The notes: a model not told the origin generated them from the letters alone. A stretch of DNA of 64,000 nt from Antedon mediterranea (GCF_964355755.1 NC_092674.1:4154001-4218000), one strand, 5' to 3'; positions 1 through 12,700 are shown, counted from the stretch's first letter. Program-made: numbers and translations.

Positions 1-3000
1 CGCACGTCGTATGGTCACATGATTACCAACAAAACTAACAATCTGGGGATTCTTGCCAAAGTCACTAAAGAGAATGTAAAATGAGAGGCGTATTCACATG
101 TCAGGTTATGTAGAAAAGAGATTTATTTTTGTTTTCATACATACAAACATACTCGGAGTAAAGCTCTGTTCACACTATCAAACTTTGTGACAAAAAATGT
201 AATGTGCCCATATATGGATATGATGTCATATCACTACCATATTTGGGCACATCACACTTTTTTACCAAGCTAGTTTGACAGTGTAGCAGAGCTTTATGAA
301 TGTACGTCTATTGTTAATTTTTGAAGATGTCTATTGTGGGTTCATACATATAGTCTATGTTTATAGTTTCACCAACTTAATTTAAAGTCATTTTTTGGTT
401 ACCTGGTATCTTTGATGTAAATTGTTTTTGGTAGAATATCTTTGTCAACATACACAGCATTCGGATAAAATAGAACAAAGAGTTTGCTGTCTTGCAGAGC
501 TGCTAACATATTAGTAGTGTCATTCCACGCTAGACTGGTTATCATATTACCTAGGTAACATAGAATTTAAAAGTAGATTTAAAGCCTGTTGACCAGGCAA
601 ATTGCCAAGGATAACCATAAGCAAATTCATTCACTATAGTTCTTAAAGGTTGCAGTGGAGTCTTAGGGAGTAGAGAACCCAGGACCCTTGGATTGGTAGC
701 CAGCATCAACTTTATACAGTTGAGAGATATATATATATGGATAAAGTGGTTGGAAAATTGACTGGGCAATCAGTTATATAAATACCTAGCTTAACAATGC
801 GCGGCCCTTTTCCAAATGTTCGTACAGCACTCAGATACAAGTCTCTGTTTTTATCTACAATTGCTAGATGGCGTTCAGCTGGTGGGCCACAATGATCGAG
901 AGCTACCTCTAGAACCTCAAGCTAAAGAAAAAAACAAGAAAAAGCATTATCTATTAGTGTATACTCTACTACTATTTTATCCTCATTTAACCATTCTGGA
1001 CATGGAAACTGTCTTTTTGAGATTCTTGGTCATTGGTAAACACTTGAAATTAAATAGAACATTAAACTTTAACCTTTGAACTTACATTATGTTGAATTGG
1101 CTTGCTGTCCAGTGCTTTTCCGTTTGATGCATCAAACACATGCACCAATTTCTCGTTGGATTTGTCACGGATGGCTACGGTGTCATTTGACACAGATAGT
1201 GACATCATATTCAGGGTGTCAAGGCGCATACCTTGGAATTTTGGAGAGGAGATTAGCCGACCCTATTAGAAAAACAACAATTGCTTAAAAACACTATTTA
1301 CATATGGAATGAAATTAGTTATATTTTGTCATCAACTAAAATTGTTGCAAAAAAAGATATGTTAGAAAAATATTTACCTCATAGGAATAGATATTGACAC
1401 CAGTTGATACCACTAAAGCAAAATGCCTGAAAACAAATTGTATAAAATAATTAGAGGCTATACAAATTATTTCTTTCTTACCCAGCCTATGCTCATTGTG
1501 AAAAGGTGCCTTTTTGTATACTTTGCATCCCCAGCCAACATTGTTATGAATTGCGATTCCTTTCACTCCTATTTACACCCCAAAACAACAAACTTAGGAT
1601 CAGAGAGCAGCAACCTTATATTAAATTAAATCTTACTTTTCAGCCTGGACGATTAGAGTAACAGTGCCCTCTTTCAGATCAAATATCGTTGGTGTGTTTA
1701 AATTCTTTGTACTGTAGATAAAACACTGCGAAGAAGTTACCACAACTAGGTAACCAAAAGATAAAGACATCTTGATGATACTGTCTCTGAATTCTAACTT
1801 CTCAATTGCTTCGTTGATGACCTCTCGTACAACAATTGTTTTTCTTGATGAGTTTACTACTTCAAAGTTTTTCCATTCCAGTCTCCTGAATGATAAAACA
1901 AAAATTCAGTAACATAATGATACTTACTAAATTTTATTATAAATTTAAAGCCAGTTTGCTACATCCCAAAAAGTCAACTCTCCCAATACCGGACACCATT
2001 GGGCTGGCCAAATATGTCTGGTTTTCTGGAAAGTCTGGTATTCTGAATGTGTTTTTAATGGTAAAATGAATTTAAGACTATTTGAACTTCAAGAAAAGTA
2101 TGGTTGGGAGAGTTTCCAGTTTTCAGAAAGTCTGGTATTTGGAGAGTTTACTGTACTATCAAAATATATCTCAAAGTTTTTTCATTTTACAGCAAATACA
2201 TAAAAAATATCTGTAAAAGATTGTTGATACAGTTTTTTTTTACTAAAATGAACAAAATGGTACCTTTCTATCATGTGACCAAATATGACATGGCCATTCC
2301 CACAAGCCCCTGCAATTTGTGTACCATCAGCACTCCATGCTATACTGTATATACTGCCTGTGTTTGGTTTCTCCAAGGCATGAGACCACTAGAAAAAAAC
2401 AGATAAAAAAGTTGATACAGCACATTGATATTTTAATGACGTGGTGCTTTCCTACCAATCTCAGAATCCTGGGTCTAGTCTAATAGTTGAATGTTATCCT
2501 CATAAAAAACTCCTCTCCCAAAGATTACTTTTAGTCGCGTGCAACGCAACTCTACACCTCAATAAGTCGGTCGGTTTTTTAGCACGCGACTGCAGCCATG
2601 TATATGTTTATTTTTCCACTATACATACAAACATTACACATTCGTCGAGAATGGGCTATTGTTGGTTTATCCAGGTAAGCTAGGCACGAAATAGACTTTG
2701 TGTTTCTATGATATAGATTACCACTAAATAGGACAGTTTTTGAATTAGCAAACACTTAATAAAGAATATGAATCTAGTCTTTTAAATCTCATTAATACAG
2801 TCATTATTTTGATCTTTGTTGCCGGATTATTTGTAATGACCATTATCTTACCCCAGTTTTGTCACATAATCTCAGCGTGTTAAAAGAACCAATAGCAAAG
2901 AGTTCTCCATCCGGTGCCCAAGAGACAGACGTGATTGGATAATCATGAGGATGACTCGAGAACATCTGGCGGCCATAGCTATCCCACACTTTGTACTTGC

Positions 3001-5332
3001 AATCTTCACCGCCGGACAATATGAGATTGTTTGATGGATTCCAATCAACTTTTAATATAACTCCATCATGGGCTTTCCACTAAAAAGCAAATAGTAGTTG
3101 TTAAGCTCTGTCTACACTACCAAACTTTATGTGTGTGATGTGACCATATATACACATGATGATGTCATATCATTAGCATATTTGGGCATATCACTAACAT
3201 ATTTGGGTACATCACAGTTTTTTTGTCAAACTAGTTTGATAGTGCAGACAGAGCTTCAGCCCTAAAATCTAGGGTTGCCTTTTTTTTTTTAATTGATATG
3301 CATCATTTCACAGGAAAATTACAGCACATTTTAGATGGGATTATAACCAAGGCGAGCTTATACAATTTGTCAGTATGCTTGCCTTTCAGCCACTGTAATC
3401 TTTAGATCAGAACCATGAAATAAATTTTTAGTATAAAAGAATTTTTTTTTTAACATTTTTTTATTGAAAAGTATTAGTAATGGTAAATACATACCTGGAC
3501 AGGTTTTACATTTGCTTGCAGTGATTTGATTATAAGTTGTTTGCTATTAGTCAGCAAAACTTGGTTAGAGTCAGGAGACCAGGATATCGAGTACACTGGA
3601 GTACCTACAAGAAATTAGTCATATATATAAGTTCTGAATACATGAACTACTCTTTGCAAGGGTGTGCAAAATAAACAGCCAGGGTATGCAAAATAAACAG
3701 CCAGTGTGCACAATAAACAGCCAGGGTGTGCACAAAAAACAGCCAGGGTGTGCAAAATAAACAGCTAGAGTGTGCAAAATAAACAGCCAGGGTATGCAAA
3801 ATAAACAGCCAGAGTGTGCACAATAAACAGCCAGAGTGTGCACAATAAACAACCAGAGTGTGCACAATAAACAGCCAGGGTGTGCACAAAAAACAGCCAG
3901 GGTGTGCAAAAAACAGCCAGGGTGTGCAAAATAAACAGCCAGGGTGTGCACAATAAACAGCCAGAGTGTGCACAATAAACAACCAGAGTGTGCACAATAA
4001 ACAGCCAGAGTGTGCACAATAAACAGCCAGGGTGTGCAAAAAAGCCAGGGTGTGCACAAAAAACAGCCAGGGTGTGCACAAAAAACAGCCAGGGTATGCA
4101 AAATAATTAGCCAGGGTATGCAAAATAAACAGCTAGGTTGTGCAAAATAAACAGCTAGGTTGTGCAAAATAAACAGCCAGTGTGCGCAAAATAAACAGCC
4201 AGGGTGTGCAAAATAAACAGCCAGGGTGTGCAAAATAAACAGCCAGGGTATGCTAAATAAACAGCTAGGGTATGCTAAATAAACAGCCAGGGTATGCTAA
4301 ATAAACAGCCAGGGTATGCAAAATAAACAGGGTCTGCAAACCAATTTCATATCACAGTTTTAGATGAATAACATGTTGCAAACCTGTTTGTGCAAGCGTT
4401 GACCGCAGCATACCACTCCTTGACCAGATCTTAACTTGACCATCTTCTCCAGCTGTTGCCATAGCCGACCCATCATAACTCCATCTACCAGAAAGAACCG
4501 CTCCCCTATGTGCTTCCACAGATTTTTCAACACGGCCAGATTTAGAAACCAACAAAAATTTTCCTATAACATAAAAAATTAAAGTTTTGTTTATCTTAAT
4601 AGCCATACAAAGAACAATTAACAAATATTTATTTTTTTTCCAAATTTAGTTTCATATAGTTATAAGAAATTTACGCACCATCTGTAGATGTCAAAACGAA
4701 TACTTCGCTCCCTGTTTGTTTTCCTTTACCGGCGATGCTCTTTGGAAAAAAGTGAATGTCTGTAGCGTAGATTTCCTCAGCCAGCTTGACCAGAACTGAG
4801 GTCTCATCTGACAATTGGCTCCATTTTAGAACCTGGTGGTCATCGCCGCATGAGAACAACTGTTCAGATGTAGTCCATGCTACACAGCTTACCAATTCAC
4901 TATGTGTGTTTTAGTTAAGGAAAATATTAGTTTTAATTTAATATATTGTCAGGCTCTACTACACTTTCACACTTACTGAGATTATCTTCAATATAGGGAT
5001 AGGTTCAGGCAAGTCAATCTAACAACAGGATTCTGAGCTCCAGAGATCAAAGGGTTTATCTGTGGCTGCGACACCATCAGTTCCACGCACCTTAACAGAC
5101 ACTGTACACCGCAGAGAATATTTAAATAGTACAGTACTGTTGGTATATCAGTCAGACAGTTACAAGTTCCTATCTTGGCAAGGGGAGCTCAGTGTCCTGT
5201 TGTTAGATTCCCTTGGTTCAGGCCACGGAAACCAGTAGCTAAAGATAGTCTGACATACTGTAGGTGATAAAGTCTAGATAAAATGATAAGGATATGTTTA
5301 GGCTCTTTGGCTAAGGTTGTCTTGAATCGCAT
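1..5332 (-). CDS. IFT80: Intraflagellar transport protein 80 (WD40), spliced, 3' end beyond the left edge
   Basis: Exons (minus): 5332-5296, 4903-4679, 4563-4384, 3604-3495, 3079-2852, 2388-2264, 1885-1637, 1426-1378, 1262-1086, 921-786, 550-403, 64-<1. They join in frame to [22 protein letters not shown]...[23 protein letters not shown]...[27 protein letters not shown]..., colinear with vertebrate IFT80 as recalled. Confidence 0.96.
162..293. mobile_element. MITE family A (PIF/Harbinger-like), one of about 23 copies or fragments
   Basis: TIR AGCTCTGTCTACACTATCAAACT, TAA/TTA flanks, internal CACTACCATATTTGGGCA subrepeats. Other copies at about 3104-3255, 7195-7342, 12430-12493, 15235-15315, 15535-15630, 19222-19355, 20179-20310, 28660-28790, 33098-33251, 34392-34550, 34606-34755, 36851-36997, 39818-39977, 41662-41791, 44560-44720, 45428-45580, 48608-48738, 49362-49430, 50878-51031, 51941-52015, 52378-52528, 53977-54095, 54957-55093, 58770-58874. 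Confidence 0.9.
1971..2155. mobile_element. Tc1/mariner-type MITE remnant
   Basis: AGTCAACTCTCCCAATACCGGAC...GTCTGGTATTTGGAGAGTTTACTGTA inverted ends. Similar decayed pieces at about 41625-41980, 43320-43380, 43683-43780 and 53610-53720. Confidence 0.55.
3655..4330. repeat. Minisatellite, ~21-22 bp unit AAATAAACAGCCAGGGTGTGCA, ~30 copies
   Basis: Direct inspection; fills most of IFT80 intron 3. Confidence 0.95.
4904..5295 (-). other. U12-type (minor spliceosome) AT-AC intron in IFT80
   Basis: Donor ATATCCTT (5295-5288), branch site TTCCTTAAC (4922-4914) and terminal AC at 4905-4904. Splicing restores the His codon C|AT and the reading frame. Confidence 0.92.
5005..5220. mobile_element. MITE family C inside the IFT80 U12 intron
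   Basis: TIR-like AATCTAACAACAG...CTGTTGTTAGATT. The same internal sequence occurs at about 49070-49262 and, inverted, at 61410-61631. Confidence 0.75.
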
Positions 5333-6269
5333 GTTGATATTATTGGTTCTGACAGTCACACATCTATGAAATCAGCATCTGAATTTAAAAAGAAAGCAAC
5401 TATATTAATATTTAAATTCAAAATAATAAAATATATTCAAATAAGGTGTTTTGATATTTAGAAATATTAATGATCAATATTCTGAGGGTAGCAAATATGC
5501 AAATTAAAAAATAACTATATTTTCTAATTTATTCACTTACATTTTCTTTGTTTCATTTCACTCCCAATTTATTAATTTACTTTTGACACCAATTCATGGA
5601 ATGATTTAATATTTAATAAAATACTATTTTATGTTATATAGACCTAACTTTGCTTGAAATTGTTTACTGTGTGTGACAAAAGAAAAAGCTGTTGGTGATA
5701 ATATTATTAAGGGGGTTACACCTTTTAACAAACATGCATTTACTATTGCTTAGGCTACCGGTACTAGCCTAGAATCCCCACCTGCCTGCTCTGCTGAGCC
5801 TGTGTGTGGCTGTTGTGTGTGTGTCGTGTGTGGACCGTGGACCCTACTAGGCTAGGCCTACGTACTTTCTAGTAGGCCTAGCTATCCTACTACTACTATA
5901 CTCTAAACCTACAGCATATTAGGCTTAGTTATTACATTCTGAATAATATACTATTTTAATCTTATAAACAAAACGGTGTTACTATGAACCTAACTACACA
6001 TTATACTTTTTAGCAAGTGTTTTGTCCACTCACATTAAAAATTGTGCTCGCCATACTTTTGGAATGTGTCTCAACATGAAATTCTGATTCATTAATATTT
6101 ATACAATACCAATTGAAAAGTAAATTAATATAATTTTATTTTTAATAATCATAAAATGTAATAAGTTAATTATTTGATTAAATAAACAAATTGATTTACT
6201 AAATATTTTACAAATTATTGATTTCAAATCTAAAACTCTTTTAGAAAATACTGCATCTTGGGATGTCAA

Positions 6270-6310
6270 AGCGTCAAAAACTTAGCAACAGTAAATACGG
6301 AAGTGAACAA
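6270..6310. promoter_or_regulatory. Putative bidirectional promoter core between IFT80 and the CXorf58-like gene (RFX X-box half-site plus ETS site)
   Basis: TTAGCAAC (X-box half-site) is followed by CGGAAGTG, between two divergent ATGs (5332 minus, 6793 plus). Only a half-site is present. Confidence 0.4.
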
Positions 6311-6792
6311 TAACATTCCATAAAAACCTATTACAAATGCATAAATAAGCTTTGGTATTGTTTATATTATAATATTATATGTGTTATAATTGATTTTTGT
6401 TTAAAGTATTGAATGTTAAATTACCAAACGTTAGCATTTAGCAAGCTAGGCCTAAGCTGAACTTTATAACTATTCTCGAGCCTGACTCGGCCGACTTGGG
6501 AGTAAAATATCGGGTATGATGAAGGTCAAAGTCGGTTCGCCCCACATGTTAAATTAATTAAATATTACAATAAATTATGAAAACCTTTCAACAAAAAGGT
6601 ATTTACTGTATAGCTTATAATTAAGAATAGCATGAATAAATGTGAAATTTTTTTTTCTATTAAATAAATTTTTTTCTTCTCAAGAATTAATTCATTATTA
6701 TTACTTAGGCCTAGGCCGGAATCATAATTTATTGATTGTGATATTCTATCTCTAGGCATGTTTGTATAATGGATTCGTGAAAAGTTGCAAAG

Positions 6793-9700
6793 ATGGATAA
6801 CGGCAACAGATCATCAATCAATGTTACTTTACCCAGCGAACATAAAGTATCACGAGAAAACATCCAACCACAGCCCCCACCTCCATCATCACCGCAAGAT
6901 GAACATCAGCTAAAAGAAGAAAATATAATCAGCCCAACATTTATTAAGGGAAGAGAGTAAGTGAGCTCTTCGTACATTTTTAATACATTTAATACAAACA
7001 TTAATAAATTAATTATATAAAATAACTTTAAAATTACATGAATGAATTAAATTATTAATTTTCCTTTTGTTAAATTTTTCTCTTTAGAGCTATCCAGTTG
7101 TTAGCTGCCCACATGATAGAAAGATGCTGGTGTAGCTACAGAGACCGTCAAATGTTTAGACTATTAAAACATGCCATTTGTGCAGCGGTAAATATTCTAT
7201 TTAAACTTTATGTGACAACAAATGTTATGTGCCCAAATGGACATGATGATGTCATATCACTACCATATTTGGGCATATCACTACCATATTTGGGCACATC
7301 ACACCTTTCTTGTCAAACTGGTTTGATACTTTAGACAGAGCTTTACAGTAGAAAATAGGAAGATTAAACGAGACTTACCTGTAAGTTGAAGTTTGATCAC
7401 TATTTTATGAATATGTGAGTGAGGTGTAAACTGAGATCCCGACGCGCACGCGCACCCTCATACTTTAAATCAAACATGTCCAGAGTAATAATTTGCAGCG
7501 ATAAGTATATACTGTATATGATAACCTGCATTGTTCTATAATAATAATTGTTTTACTTGGGGTGGGTTGAGGCGGGCAGTTTACACCTCACTCACATATT
7601 CATAAAATAGTGATCAAACTTCAACTTACAGGTAAGTCTCGTTTAATCTTCCTATTTTATTTCATATACGTTCGCTGTAAACTGAGATGTTTAAAGCCAA
7701 CTCTGGAAACATGTTTGAACTGTAAACCAAATAATTGACGGAAATGTTAGTTTCAATAAAACAACTTTATTTCCAAAAGTCTACATTCATTCATAAGGAT
7801 GTTTGCCCTAACGGGCAACTTAAATATGACAACTATCGTGTTGTATTAATAATAAAGCATTTATTTTGCTTATAATCAATAGTCCAACGTTTTAGGATTC
7901 TCACCCCAAAAACATCAATTAGAAAACTAAACAACAATATTAAACTGGTTCAAAATGCAAACAGGGGCTATTTGTAGTAGCCAACAACAAACACAACCAA
8001 TATTAATGAGTTGATGAATCAACTTTTCTCAACAGTGCCTGTTGAAATGACGGATTTTCTACAAATTTTATAGGCTTATTATAATATCTGTTTAGTGTAG
8101 GCCTATGTTCGTTTCTCCACCCAGCTGTTTTCATTATTAAGTCAACCGGGACATTCCTCAATTTTTTTTGATGGAAGATGCAGCCGCTCGGACCGAATGG
8201 GCTTTAAATTTTGTTGTATCTACTCCTGCTTCTGATAAACCTGTCCTTATCCATCGAGCAATTGTGTCTTTTGATGCCTCGGCATACGATTTTTTATGAC
8301 ATATAAAAAATCTGTCCTTATTTTCCCTTAAATTACTAGTTTTTTCCCTGTACTTTAGAATTGTTCTGACCGGACATAGGGCAGGGTCTTCACTTTTGTG
8401 GAAAACCACCAGTTGACCTGTATTGTTTGGTCTGCTAGTTTTTAGTAATGTACAAATGTAAAAGGTGATTGCTTCATTCTCGATATTCATATTTGAAAAT
8501 TTGAAATTATATAAGGTTTGAAGCCTACTTGAGGACAATAATGCTAATAACAATGCTACTTTTATGGTAAATTCTTTAAGCGATAATGTATCGTCGTTAA
8601 TTGTTCGCCTCAGATAGTCTGTAACTAAGCGAACATCCCAAATTTGTGCATATTTTGGAGTCGGTGGGTTAAAATTGAATAACCCTTTCATAAATCGTTT
8701 CAGTTCAATAGACTCCTTCATGTTTATATCTAAGATTTCGAGAAAGTTTACAATTGCGCTTTTCGCCGTACTGATAGTACTGTAGCCTAAGCCCTCGTCC
8801 TTCAGCTTTATCAAGAAATCGAGGACGTGACCGGTGTTTAGCTGTTGCCATGTGATTCCTCTGATTTCACAAAAGTCTATAAATTTTGTTAGCTGTGAGT
8901 TATATTGCTTCCACATTGACCGTCTCCAGGATTGCAGAATGACGTCTGCTGCAGTATTGCTTATTCCTTTGTTGTAGAGTTCCGCCCTGATAGCCTGCAG
9001 GCAAAAAGGTTAAGTCTGTTATAAAGAGGATGACAATCATCTGAACCATGTATTGTTAAGGCATGTTTGGTATTCTTAAACCTCAGTGGTTCCCCAACCA
9101 TCATTGATAGTAATTTAGGATACCAATACTGTGTTGGCCAGTTTGGGACCACCATGATAACTATGGCATTATCTGTCAATATTTTTTGCAAACATCTACC
9201 TATAAGGCAGAACGGCGGAAAAGCATAGAGCTTGACAGAGGACCAATTTTGTAGAAATGCGTCGATACCAATTGAATCTGGGTCCGGTTTCCATGATATA
9301 TATTTCGGAAGCTGTGCATTGTGCCTAGAAGCGAATAGGTCTATATCTAGTTCGCCGAATGTTTTAGTGATTTTTATAAACAATTCTTTGTTAAGCATCC
9401 ATTCTGTCTCATCTTTAAACTGACGAGACTTTGCATCAGCTATTATATTATCTCTACCTGGGATGTATTCTGCACTTATCCAAAAATTGTTCTCAATGCA
9501 CCAAGACCAGATGGCTTTTGAAATTTTATTGCACGCAATTGATTTTGCGCCGCCCATGTTGTTTATGTAAGCTACTGCCGTGGTATTATCAACCTTCAAC
9601 CTTATGTGCTTAGCTTTTCTCTCACGGGACAATGCTTTAAGGCCGAAAAAAGCAGCCAGCAATTCTAAGTAATTAATATTTAGTGCTCCTGTAGCATATG

Positions 9701-12700
9701 CAATGTCTAGGTCTTTGTTTATCCACCTTCCCCCAGTGTGGGTATGTCCATCAGTGGCACCCCAGCCTAGACCACTAGCGTCTGTCTCAATTGTTAGGTC
9801 GGGGTACCCATGATATATCAATTTATATGCGTCTTTGACATTATTTTGCCACCAAAGAATATCGTCCCGTCCATTGACGGAAATACTAATAGGCCTATCG
9901 TAATGGCCTTTATTTAGTTTTAGAGCTAGTATTTTCTCCTTCTCTAGTGCCCTATAATGAAGCTTTCCATACTCTACAGCAGGTAGTGTTGCTATAATTT
10001 TTCCTAAAAATTGCCCAACTTTCCTAATGGTAGTATGACTTAATGTAAGTATGTGTTTACTTTGAACTCTAATTTCCTCCTTCTTGTGATATGGAAGGGA
10101 AACCGTCATACTTATAGAATTTATTTCAAATCCCAAGAAGGTTATGATCTGCGTAGGATTCATTACTGATTTTTCTCTATTAATGATAAAACCCAATGAG
10201 GCTAGAAGTTGATCACTAGTTTCCCTGGCGGTACCGCCGGCCAAGTCTTCTGACTGGTTTATACACAAAATGTCATCAATGTAAACCAACAGAATATGCC
10301 CTCTGCTGCGCAAAAATGCAATTGGGGGCTTCAATAATTTCGTGAAAAGTCTAGGCCCTGAGCTAAGCCCATTAGGCAATGCGACAAACTTATACAGGTT
10401 GTCTTTCCAAACAAATTATAAATATTTAGTGTCCGACTCTGCTATGGGTACAGTAAAATATGCATCTTTGAGGTCGACTGACGTCATATATACACCTGGT
10501 GAAATTAGTGTCAATGCATTTCCAAACATTTCCATTTTGAAATGTTTGTATGTCACATATTCATTTAATTTAGAGAGGTCTAATATCATTCTGAACCCTC
10601 CATCTTTCTTTGGCCTTGTAAAAATATTTGATACAAGCTGGTCATGTTCAAACATGGCTGGTTTGACCACCCCTTTTGATATCAATTTAACTATTTGATC
10701 ATCAATAGCCTCCATATCCATGCTGCTGAGTTTGTATGGATGAGGTATTTTTCCTTTTAGGTGGTAGGGTATGGCTTTATCAAACTCTATTTTATATCCT
10801 GAAACCGCATTTAGGATGTATGGATCCGAAGTATATTTTTTCCACCTATGTATATATGACCTGAGTCGACCTCCTACTATGTCAAGGTTATTATGTTTGT
10901 TAACCTTATTGTTAGGAGAAATACTTATATTATCAATCGACTCGTACCTCTTCGGCTGTTGTTTTAGGTCCTTTTTCCCCTGATAAAATTTGGTTTGGTT
11001 GTAGTTGTTTGTTGACCATTTGTGTCGCCGGGTTTGACCTAAAAAAGGTTTGCCATTTCTATTGTATGGCTGGTATCTGTAGTTGTTGGACCTGGTCTTT
11101 GGTTGGTACGACTTAAAATTAAATAAGCCTGCCGTAGCCTTCCTTTCCTCATCCAGCTTTTTAACTGTAGTACTCAGGTCACCAAATAAATACTCTGTAG
11201 GCTTAATGCTGGGTTTACATAAATGAGTATATTTGGCATTTATTTCCGGTTTCAACATCTCCTTACGAAGTGCAAGTAACTCGAAGTTCGCATTGGCAAG
11301 TAGGCCGATTGTGTCCTGTGCTATCTCCGATGACTCATTTCCATCAACTAATTTAGCAAGGGCGGTAATTCCCTTTATCAAAGGTTTTTGTACCTTTTGA
11401 AATTTTAGATCGTTAGACCGTGCCCTTGGTGTAATGGAATCCCAAATAGTTGGATTGACCTTTGGCACCATTAGGGCCTCTAGATTTTCCGGTATAGGAT
11501 AGCTTTTGATCAGCTCGGTCATTACACTCTCACTCATATGCGAGTGCAATAAGTATGTTAGCGTGTCAGCCAACTCTTGGCTGACTGCTGGTGCCAATTC
11601 GTTAGAAACAGCAAATCTTGCTGCAAAACCCGGAGGAAGGGGCCTTTGACCTTACTATTACTATTAGTGGCTGGCCGCTCAGGATTTTCATCCTTCTTGG
11701 ATAGTTGTGTACCTGTTACTTCCCCCTCCTCCAGGTCAGACACATCACGTTCGTACTGATGATGCCTATCGTAAATGTTACTCGTGAGGCTAACCACCGA
11801 GCTACTGTCAATGTCATCATATTCATTGTTGTGACATTGTGATGACATTTGTGTCATCAACTGAGATAAAAGGTCGTGCGTTGACTCATTTATTTGTTGA
11901 GCAGCCTTCGTCTCTTTAACCTGCTGCTCAACCAACCGCTCAAGGTTTTCAACCCTCCTAGCCTCATAGTTCAGGCCTACTCCGACCTGTTGATTAGGCT
12001 GCAGCACGTTAGTGCATGATTGCCCGGCGATAGCAACGGCATCGCTGTTGCTATGCGTATTACCTTCTTTAGGAGGCCTAGTAATAGTACAGCTAGACCC
12101 CGCCTTCCTGGCCTTTTTGGTGGGCTTAGCCACCGTATGCTGTACAAGTGGAGTTGTAGCTGCAAATGTTACATTTCCAGCAGAAATCTCCAGCACATCT
12201 TCTTGTATTGCAAGTGATTTTCGTTCCATGATCGTTCGGGTGCACGCCGTCTCCAAACGATGGCGCCGATATGAGGGTGCGCGTGCGCGTCGGGATCTCA
12301 GTTTACAGCGAACGTATATGAAATAAAATAACATTAACAACAAACATTTTGTAGTAAAACAGAAGATTTTATTGAAAAAGTATAAATTAGCCATTGCATT
12401 ATTAATGTCGCAGGGCTATATTGCCTGATTTATGTTATGACAGATGACATCATGAAACATGTTATTATCAAGTTTGATAGTGCAGACAGAGCTTAACACC
12501 AACTTTTAAGTTATAACAAGAAACAAACACACAATGCTCTGTACTTTCTCATAATACCTCTTGAAAGTAGAGTTCTTGGAATCAGAATTTGAACCAGAGA
12601 ACCAGGTAGACTACTATAAGCTATAACAAAATACTGAGAATAATTTTGTTATTTTTTAGGAACATTCTTTGACGTATGAAGTTCTTCGTAAAATCAGTCC

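Larger units (their letters stand above)
7352..12330 (-). mobile_element. Full-length DIRS1-like tyrosine-recombinase retrotransposon in CXorf58 intron 2, antisense to the host
   Basis: Perfect 38-bp ITRs (7425-7462 / 12270-12307). ICR 7577-7688 is complementary to both termini. AAAATA occurs at both junctions. ORF order is gag, RT/RNaseH/MT, YR. Confidence 0.95.

Noticed and set aside
3619-4233. Three overlapping Cys/His-rich ORFs (204, 158 and 104 aa)
   Set aside because: They are translations of an intronic minisatellite.
8158-8916. Prophage or bacterial integrase, or contamination
   Set aside because: Its context (gag, RT, ITR, ICR) identifies it as the DIRS recombinase.
11558-12394. 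278-aa ORF as a stand-alone gene from ATG 12394
   Set aside because: That ATG lies outside the element end (12330). The gag start is more likely 12229, and its tail is out of frame.
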